Shown: positions 53,146 to 64,000 of the stretch, piece by piece
Layout of the letters: every line of letters starts with the position of its first letter
How positions within the stretch are numbered: position 1 is the first letter of the stretch
From: Octopus vulgaris
Taxonomy: Eukaryota
Reading direction: 5' to 3'
DNA length: 64,000 bases
Assembly: GCA_951406725.2 (NCBI GenBank)
Contig: OX597824.1
Span: 9,238,001-9,302,000 of the forward strand
Made by a program: the position numbers and the translations under genes
Notes under the pieces: generated by a model
Database searches by the model: none
What the model saw: the letters and a program-made list of their open reading frames with translations, nothing else
Told to the model about the DNA's origin: nothing

Positions 53146-54315
53146 CTAGAATCTACCAATCCACCGTCTTCACTCCAACAGTGTAAGAAATACGAAAGCA
53201 AGGTCGTATATCTTGATGCATAACCTCAAGATATGTTGACAATAAATTAACTTCTGTAAATTATATCGCCTTGCTTTTAAATGCCGGTATCTTCTCACCT
53301 GCCTTGAATTAACCATATTAATAATTTGTATTGGCAACGTTGTTCTAACACATTCATTAATCTTTTAGTTTTATTTGAATGTATACAGCAAATTTTTGTA
53401 TTACGATCTTTACACGTAATAACTTAAAGTTATATGAAATTATATCAATGTTTTCGCCATCTGTTTACTTGCTGTAGCTCCACACAAAGTAGGCGTTTTA
53501 TATTTCAATAAAGCAAATAGAGAATTCGAGTAGACACTTCTCACCGAACTGGGCTGTCAAGAATCGGATTTCAATTAAGATTAAAGCAACACATTTAAAG
53601 CTGGGCTTTAATAGGAAATGTAATGGAAGGATAAATTGACTCATTAAGATAAATGTTAAAAATCATGTCTTGGAGTAAGATTCTCAAGTAAAAAATAATA
53701 TTAAATAACACGATCATGCCTCGGGCATCAACAGTTACCAATATATTTGAAACCACTGAAGCGAAATGCACTTTATGTCAGAAATGAAATAAGAAAACTG
53801 TGGCAAAGAATAAGAAAAGCAATCTACGTTTAACTAGTTTGTAAATATTAACATTCCTGAGACGAACAATGGAGCAAATAATGGGATTCGAAGAGTCAAT
53901 ATCTGGAGCGTCCTAGATCCAGAAGACAAAGGTTTTCAAAGAATAAGAAAAGACAAAAAGAAACATTTGAACAATTTTGAGTAAAATTCTTCGTTAACTT
54001 TCATGTTCGCTTTCTCTTTCTCTTTCTAGACAGCAGTGGAACGATGGATAGATAAAGGTATGACCTGGTGCAGTCGTTGCTTTGTGGTTATGAGATTTAC
54101 ATTATACCAAAGAGGCCTGGGTTCGATCTCACGATGCAATAGAATAAGCAAGTGTCTTCTACAGTAGCCTTCCGTTTGCTTGAAAGGCCAGTGAGATTAG
54201 CAGGAGTGAAACAGTATGGAAATTCGTATATATACATATATAGTGTGGACCAAGAGTCATGCACCAACATATTTGACATTTATTTATATTATGTTTTTTG
54301 TTTTCCTTCTTTTCT

Positions 54316-54345
54316 CTTCTTCTTCTTCTTCTTCTTCTTCTTCTT

Positions 54346-54435
<90 letters not shown>

Positions 54436-54503
54436 TAGTTTTATTTTTATAGCGTGCTTTCACTTCACTACCGAGCGCAGCTCTGTGTGCCTTGGGTATG
54501 TGC

Positions 54504-54560
<57 letters not shown>
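54316..54560. repeat. (CTT)n(TAT)n compound trinucleotide microsatellites
   Basis: Read directly. Confidence 0.95.
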
Positions 54561-54561
<1 letters not shown>

Positions 54562-55280
54562 CATAACCCTTATAATTATTATTTTCATTAAATTTGTCCA
54601 TCGTGTAAAAGATCGGGTGTATTCATTATTATTTCATTGTATTCAATTTTAGAAGAAAATTGAAGTACGTCTTTTTTCGAAGCGTATTGAAATGTTCGCC
54701 CACCCTGTGTAAACACGCACATACGTGCGCACGTAGTATGTATGAATGCATGTATGTATGTGTGTAAGTATGGATGCATTATCTGCATATAGAGAACTAG
54801 GGAAAAGCATAAAGGCAAAAGGCCTTACGATTTTACTCTATATTGAATACTTCATGGGTTAATACAACAGCCACGATGCATTCACCTTAATCTATTCATA
54901 AGAAAACCATTATGTCTTCCGTTTCGGATGACTTTCAGTCTGTCAACGTGTAACAGATGCCTTTATGCTACTATGATAAGAGTAGTACATCTTCGGAGCG
55001 CTAAGACGTTTGCATCGAACGAGCACTTTGAGACTCAATATATTTGTATTGTCTTCATTATTAATGTCTCGATTTCCTTCCAGATATTTTCCATACGAGA
55101 GATATTTATTGGTGTTTGTGTGATTATATATATATGGTTGCGAGTGTGTGCGTGTTTATGTGTGTATAGAGTTAAACACACATGCGAATGTGCAGACAGA
55201 GACAAGCACGTATACACACACATACACACACACGCACACATACACGCACACACACACACACGCACACACACACACACACG

Positions 55281-55360
<80 letters not shown>

Positions 55361-55477
55361 CGCGCACAGATACCCGCACATACACACACAGACATATCTA
55401 CGTATACGTATGTTTGCATATAGATGTGCATCTGTCTGCCTGTGTGTACATATATAATTCATATGTATGTGGTTTTA

Positions 55478-55551
<74 letters not shown>

Positions 55552-55583
55552 AAAGCGTAGACAGAATCGCATGCACATATGTT

Positions 55584-55668
<85 letters not shown>

Positions 55669-56244
55669 AAGCGTAGACACAGACTTACGTACATATGTTC
55701 ACACACTTCGAAACATGTGTATGCGTTTTCTTGTCTTCTCCACTAAATTGAGGAAATAACTAACAGACCAATTGTTTACTGTCTCCTCTTTGTATATTAA
55801 ATTGTTTTTTCTTAACAGAAAATGTCTTTCTTTTGATATATTATGTATCATATTATACGTTATCGACTTAAGAACTTCTTATAAGTTGAAAGCAGAGAAG
55901 ATATACATCAGTTTTCTTATCCTAATCTGTAGATTAAAGTATAGCATAATTAAAACGTTGAGAAATAGCTATAACAGAAACTTCAAAGGTATTTATCAGT
56001 TCACGGCATATTATCGCTATCCTGTGGCAATGCTATATGATTAAAAAAATATTAGATATTACACAACTCTATCAAAATCTGAAGCAATGTAGTTTAGCGT
56101 ATTAAATACGGTTTTTCTGCGGAGATTTATACATCTATGGCAGTGTATCTATGTTTGGACAGAACTATGTATGCACACATATCTATATATTCATGCATAT
56201 ATACATATATACACTTGTATATAGGTATTCTTTTGTTCTTTCAT

Positions 56245-56700
<456 letters not shown>

Positions 56701-57498
56701 TAGGCTTGAATGGCTAACTAAATGCAAGCCGTACATAACATTCAAAAATAATATGAAGATAATATACGATAAACATTGTGGAGCTCCGTGGTTAAGTGAT
56801 TAGGGTTTTACAATCATTATCGCAAGGCTATGGTTTCAATTCTTGTGCTTGCGATTCGTTGTGTTCTTCACCAAATAACCTCATTTCTCGTTGCTCCAAT
56901 CCACTCAACCGGCAAAAATCAGTAATCACCCGACGGACTTGGATCCAACCCAGGTATAGTGGAAGAATATGTATGCCACATAATCTGAGAAAGGGCCTTA
57001 TGATCATATGACTCCGGAAGGACATTAAGTGGGGTCTTTTTCATATTCTAAATACTAAGCACTAAGAAGTGCACCACGCAATAACGCAGATCGGAAAAGC
57101 GAGGGAGAAATTCCCCTCTAATACTGCCTTCAATTCTTGACAAAGGGCCACTAATTTGGGGAGAGGTGGTAAGTGGATTACATCGAACCCAGAACTCAGC
57201 TGCTTCTTATGTTATCGATCCCGAAAGGACGAAAGACAACGATGACCTCGGCAGCATTTGAATTCTTCAGTAGTATTCAGAACAAGATTGGGGCGGTGTG
57301 CTAGCAAAATCGTCAATGCACTGGAAAAATGTTTAGCAGCATTTCTTCCTTATAAAATAAGTATGAGTTGAGTGCTGGGAGCCTATGTAGTGTACTTGGA
57401 CCCTTTTCACAACTGCTGGTGTTCTGCCAAAATTTGGAACCAATTTTACGAATAACATTAGAATATTAACCAACTTCCAGCGATAAATATCAATAATA

Positions 57499-57736
57499 CA
57501 GTAATCCCTCATCGCGATTCACCTATTGCGGTTCACCTGTTGCGGTTCACATATCGCGGTTTATCATTTAAGCATTCCTCCGTGGTGTTGTTTTGCATTT
57601 ATGATAAAATAAATGTATACAAATTATGAAAATAATAAAAGAAAATATACTGTAGAGTTCTGTTTTTACTTCGTGCATATTCACCTATTCCGTGGGGTTT
57701 TAGCATGGTAACCCCGTAATAGTCGTGGGATTGCAG
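57499..57736. mobile_element. Tigger/pogo-like MITE
   Basis: TA-CAGTAATCCCTC...GTGGGATTGCAG-TA imperfect TIRs, with short internal GCGGTTCAC repeats. Confidence 0.65.
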
Positions 57737-58452
57737 TATAGCCAAAATGAGAACAGGCAGAATCGTCAATATGCCGAACGAAATGCTTTGCATCATTTCA
57801 TCCGTCTTTACATTCTGAGCTCAATTCTGCCGATGTTGACTTTGCCTTTTATTTCTTTTAGGGTCGATAAACTAAGCACCAGTAGGAAACTGGGAGTCGA
57901 CATGATCAACTTTCCACTGATCCGAAATTCCTGGCATTGTGCCAAAATTTGAAGCCAATATTAAAATTAATTTTCACACTACTCCAAGCGGTATCGTAAA
58001 ATTTTTCTCTCTTTATTTCGTAAGTTCTCCTCGCGACAGGACTAGAGTTCACCAATTTAAATAATATTGGAACTTGTGATTTAGATAACATTATGCACGC
58101 GAGGAAAACTCTTCTATTTGACAAAGATTGTATCAGGGTTCAAAGATCCAATTCACAAGTTCATGTGGCTAACGTATCAAGAAATTACTAACATAAAGAC
58201 ATGTGATCTCATAGGTATACACGCACACAAACACACACAGGTACACAGAGAAATATATATTCTCATTACACTGAAAATGAAATTCCCAACAATAAATATG
58301 TGCTTACACAGAATTGATTGTTCGGCTGTAACCTAACACGCCAATAAATATAGATAAGAAAGATTTGAAGATACAGGTTTGCATGAAAATAACTATTCCT
58401 ACTGATCTTGGAATCGTCTGTTTCTTGGACATTGTCCTCAAGCAAACGAAAG

Positions 58453-58501
<49 letters not shown>

Positions 58502-58965
58502 ATTAGCAAAACGCAAGAAAAACTCACGTATGTTCATATTGCTGATCATCGCTATCAATCCGTAGATTTTTTTTTGAAATACCTAATTAATAATATCAGT
58601 GGAGGAATATCTAACAGGTAATTGACTACGAAATTGTCAGCAATAAAGCATTAGAAGTTAATCGACCCAATGATAAGATCACATGCCGCCCCAATGTCTG
58701 CAATCCAGCAGTAAGATAGTTAAGTTTGATAAAGGCGGAGAGCTAACAGAACGGTTAGCACGGCGGGTACAAAGCTTAGCGGCATTTCGTCCGTCTTTGC
58801 GTTCTGAGTTCAAATTCAACTCCTGTCGAGTTTGCTTTTCGTTCTCTCGATAAAATAAGTATCAGTTGAGTACAGCAGGGTCTATCTTATCAACATATAC
58901 TCCTATTTCGAAATTGCTGTCCGTGTGTGTAAGAGTGGCTGTCATTGGTGTAGGAGTGGATGTCA

Positions 58966-59370
58966 TAGGTGTAGGAGTGGATGTGTGGTAAGTAGTTTGC
59001 TTACCAACCGCATGGTTCCGGGTTCAGTCCCACTGCGTGGCACCTTGGGCAAGTGTCTTCTACTATAGTCTCGGGCCGATCAAATCCTTGTGAGTGGATT
59101 TGGTAGACGGAAACTGAAAGAAGCCCGTCGTATATATGTATATATGTGTATATGTATGTGTGCGTATACGTTTGTGTCTGTGCTTGTCCCCCCAACATCG
59201 CTTGACAACCGATGCTGGTGTGTTTACGTTCCCGTAACTTAGCGGCTCGGCAAAAGAGACCGATAGAATAAGTACCAGGCTTACAAAAAATAAGTCCTGT
59301 GGTCGATTTGCTCGACTAAAGGCGGTGCTCCAGCATGGTCACAGTCAAATGACATAAACAAGTAAAAGAG
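58966..59370 (+). mobile_element. SINE family B
   Basis: Full-length family match, with a duplicated 5' 20-mer. Confidence 0.9.
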
Positions 59371-60048
59371 TGTCAAAAATTTGACACCATTATTATTTGG
59401 CAAATACGACACTTCTCTTTAATAGTTATGTCTGATAATACTAAAATCTTTCTCGACTTAGTAAATACAAATTTGCCATCGACTAAATGCCGATACGTAT
59501 CTGATAGGAACAACGTCAAGTTGATTTACAGCTGAACTGACGCTATTAAAACGTCAAACCTCATATGGATAGTTATAAAAGCATGAGTAATTAGTCAGTC
59601 ATGTAACGTTGAAGCGATGATGAATAATTGACACCCACGAAACAGCACCGAATAATTCTACGAGAATACTGTATAGGTGGCAGGTAACTTTAAGCAGCAA
59701 ATACGGAGATACAACTATAGAAATATATTAAATATACTCTGCTTCTGCAGAGTTACTTTCGTAGGCGCACCCTTTAAACGTAAATAGCTATGAACGAATA
59801 AATGGAAATTTCTTTTAAAGTACTTTTGTATCCTCATAATACTGGCGCCGTACATATGCAAATGTCGACACGTTCTGCGCCTAGGAAACGATTGTTGAAC
59901 AGAACCGACACCATATTAACTACTTACATCTCCAACTAAATATGCTGAGAGTTTCTTTCTATTGTTTCAACACCCACTCTTATAGGTATGTGTGCATATA
60001 TATACACACTCACACATATATATATACATACACACACACATATATATA

Positions 60049-60459
60049 CACTCAACCAATCATTCGATTCAACCATTCAAGTAACCATGTATGCGCACAG
60101 AGACACAAGTAAACACATGCATATATTTATGTGTATGTGTGTGTACCTATATATAATGTATATATATATACTTATATATACATATATATATATACATATA
60201 TATACACATATATATATATACATGTATACTTTTATATATATATATATATAAGTATATATATATATAAGTATATATGTATATATATATATATATGTATATA
60301 CAAGTATATATATATATATACATATATACTTACATATATATATATAAGTATATATATATACATATATATACTTATATAAGTATATATATACATAAGTATA
60401 TATAAGTATATATATACATATATATACTTATATACTTATATATATACTTATAGATAGGT

Positions 60460-60491
<32 letters not shown>

Positions 60492-60563
60492 GCATGTGTT
60501 TGCTTGTGTCTGTGTGCGCATACATGGTTACTTGAATGGTTGAATCGAATGATTGGTTGAGTG
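60049..60563. repeat. About 78-bp inverted repeat enclosing a TA-rich microsatellite
   Basis: CACTCAACCAATCATTCGATTCAACC... at 60049 is inverted at 60485-60563. Confidence 0.9.
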
Positions 60564-60925
60564 AAGAACGTCTGAAATGTCAAACAAAAACATTCACCTT
60601 GTAGCTTTGTGAAGTTTTTCAATTACATTGACGCAACAGCTCCGCATGTAATGATAACAGATAAAGGAATCTGCCAACGCTCTCTGACTTAGGATATGCA
60701 TTGATATACATACACACACACACACACACATACACACACACAGACACACACACACATATATATATATATATGTATATATGCACATTGATAGACGGATTCA
60801 CACACACACTGTAAGCTGTAACTGTACGTATGATTACACGCTTATGTGTATACATGTATGTGTATATATGTATGTGTATATATGTATATGTACATTATAA
60901 ATATATATATATGTATATATGCATG

Positions 60926-60997
<72 letters not shown>

Positions 60998-61453
60998 CAA
61001 ACAGACAGATACGTAAGTATAGCTATAACCAATATGTATTCATACACTTAATATGTTATATCATATGTATACATGTACACACACATATACATACACACAC
61101 ACATATATATATATATATACACACACACAAGCACGCACACACACACACACACACGCATATATGCATGTATATATATACATAGGATTTACATGAACAAACG
61201 ATAATAGCTGACTCGTGGACGAGCACGCATTGACATGTGTAATCACACCAGCCTACGTGTGAAAGCACATTGATGTGTGTCCCATGTGCCTGGGTGTATG
61301 TTAGTCCCTATGTGGGTGGGATGTGATATTATTTTGTTCCTGCATGTATGAATATAGCCAAAATATGATATTCTATGTGAATAAATGCCTACATACCTAC
61401 ATATATATATATATATATCTGTATATATGTATATATATATATATATATATATG

Positions 61454-61530
<77 letters not shown>

Positions 61531-61577
61531 TTGTATATATATATATATGTATATTTGTATATATATATATGTATATT

Positions 61578-61619
<42 letters not shown>

Positions 61620-62339
61620 AATATACATATATATATATAAATACATATATATATATACATATATATATATATACATACGAACATAATACCAACATAGATA
61701 CACATACACGCATTTATATATATATATATATATATATATTTTACACAAACTCACTCACACACACGTGTATATTCATTCATACAGTTTTGCCCACGCGTAG
61801 TAGTTGACTTTTTCAGTGTTATTGCGTGTTGAAGCTTACGTCATTGTTCCTCTGTATACGAGATATCTCTCATTGTTATAGGTTGTTCAACCCAGCAGCG
61901 TACTATCACAATATGAGTTTCAATGCCTTTACATTTCATATATTTTTATTTAAATTCTATACCGTCCTTTATATCCTACTAAAAATGTGCTGAAGCTGTC
62001 GCTTTTGTTACTGTAATGGAATATTTAAATATGGTTTCTCTATAATATTGATTGTTTGTGTAAAATTTTTGATTATATTTAATGCGTAATGTTCGTCGCA
62101 AATCTGCGTGATGCCGTTAACCAGAGTAGATATCGGAGGTGTCCAGGTAAAAATTGTGTTTGTTCATTTAACACTGATTTAATACATATATTTCCAAACG
62201 TAATTTTATGAGCGGAAGCAGTATTAAGTCTTCGGGCAGAAAGAAATATTTTTTACGACGCATAAAAACACAAACACACACACTCACACACATAAGTGTA
62301 TACGTATGTATTTATATATGTTGTTTATGTATATAAGTG

Positions 62340-62725
62340 AGGGAGTAGCTGTGTGGTATGAAGGTTCCGGGTTCAATTCCACTGCCAGGCACCTTGGGCG
62401 AGTGTGTTCTATTATAAACTCGGACCGACCAAAGCCTTGTGAGTGGATTTTGAAGACGGAAACTGAAAGAAGCCATTTTTTTATATATGTGTATGTATGT
62501 GTATGTAAGAGTGTGTATATGTATTTGCGTGCGTGTCTGATCTTGTCCCCCCACCATCACTTGACAACCGATATTCGTCTGATTACGTCCCCGTAACTTA
62601 GCAGTTCGGCAAAAGTGACGATAGTATAAGTACTAGGTTTACAGAGAATAAGCTCTGGGTTCGATGTTTTCGACTAAAAGCGGTGCTCCAGCATGGCCAC
62701 AGTCATATGACTGAAACAAGTAAAT
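62340..62725 (+). mobile_element. SINE family B, diverged
   Basis: Family match. Confidence 0.85.
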
Positions 62726-63056
62726 AAATAAATGAATATACATATATACGCATATGTATATTTAATATAGTATGTGTAATTATTACACATACTATTACAC
62801 TGTAATAACTTAATAACGTATACTTCAAAGCTTCTCTTCCGTTATCGGCTACCACATGTTACTCTACAGCAAGATATTTTCCAAGGTTTGATAAATGTGT
62901 GGAACTCCAATGCTGTATAGAATTAATATATCAATTATAGAACACGAAGAGGTAAATTAACATGCTTTAATAAGAAATCACAACATATATTTCTGCACCG
63001 GACACCAGCTTTAAAATGCTCAGTTTACATTTATAAATCATTATATGAGATTAGTT

Positions 63057-63447
63057 AAGGCGCCGATCTGGCAGAATTGTTAGCACGCTGCACGAGATGC
63101 TCAGCGATATTTCGCCCGTTGCTACGTTCTGAGTTCAAATTCCGCCGACGTCGACTTTGCCTTTCATCCTTTCAGGGTCGATTAGATAAGTACCAGTTAC
63201 GCACTAGGGTCGATGTAATCGACTTAGTCCCTTTGTCTGTCCTTGCTTGTCTCCTCTGTGTTTAGCCCCTTGTGAGTAGTAAACAAATAGGTATTTCGCC
63301 CGTTGCTAGGTTCTGATTCAAATCTCACCGAGATTGACTTTACCTTTGATCGTTACGGGGTCGATAAGTACCAGTTAAATACTGGGGTTGATGTAATCGA
63401 CTATCCCTCTCTCCCACATTTCAGACCTTATGCCTATAATACGAAGG
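63057..63447 (+). mobile_element. SINE family A, dimeric form
   Basis: Family match with two body units. Confidence 0.87.
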
Positions 63448-64000
63448 GATATATAAGATTATTCTTTAGAATTCCTGTATGATTACGTATTTTCCAGGAA
63501 CACCTCTTGGTGCGTCCTCCGGTGGAAGGCGATCAAACTGTGTCTGTCTTCTTTGAGTTTCTTCGGATATACCATTTCTATTGCTCTTCGCCAATCATTT
63601 CATTAGATTCCAGACGTCACATATTGTTGTCGTGACACAAAAACAAATACAAAATTAATATCACAATAGTATCAACAACAACAACATTTACAGAATAAGG
63701 GCGACCTTAATGAGACAGTAATAAAAATAATAACAAAACTAAATCTATTTAAGTTATAGTAATAAAAAAAAATTGAAATAAAACTGAAGTTAGTTTTTAC
63801 TAAGCATAAGACGAAGTGTGTCAATGGGGTTGAAATAAAACGAACGAATATATTTACAAGGGACTCATTTTATTGCTATACTATCTTTTTTTCAGCCCTA
63901 GACATCTACTTGGAATTATTTATATTCTTTATGCTTTCCGAGCTTTTGGCTTCAAGTGACCTCAATAAGCTCCACTGACCATTACCTGATAAATTGTTTT

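Overview
AT-rich, microsatellite-saturated eukaryotic DNA. The SINE families and the (TA)n/(ATGT)n load look like an octopod mollusc genome (inference, not searched). Nearly all track ORFs are microsatellite artefacts. Supportable content: many copies of at least three tRNA-derived SINE families; CR1-like and R4/Dong-like LINE relics; two mariner relics and several MITE/fold-back elements; two short non-autonomous Helitrons; a fragmented, decayed autonomous Helitron (Rep-associated region plus PIF1 helicase motifs); and one plausible host coding exon (minus strand, 40262-40638). The most notable signal is a near-perfect 1.46-kb palindrome (13891-15355) formed from two divergent 3' ends of a Penelope-like element. 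Each arm has an open GIY-YIG endonuclease frame followed by a type-I hammerhead ribozyme fold with a non-canonical CCGAAGA core. At least five further sequence-diverse hammerhead folds (1520, 9149, 27881, 32613, 38657) and one truncated copy (22715) sit in short islands, mostly beside (TA)n tracts. This points to a local population of Penelope-derived, retrozyme-like elements. All RNA folds were paired by eye and are untested.
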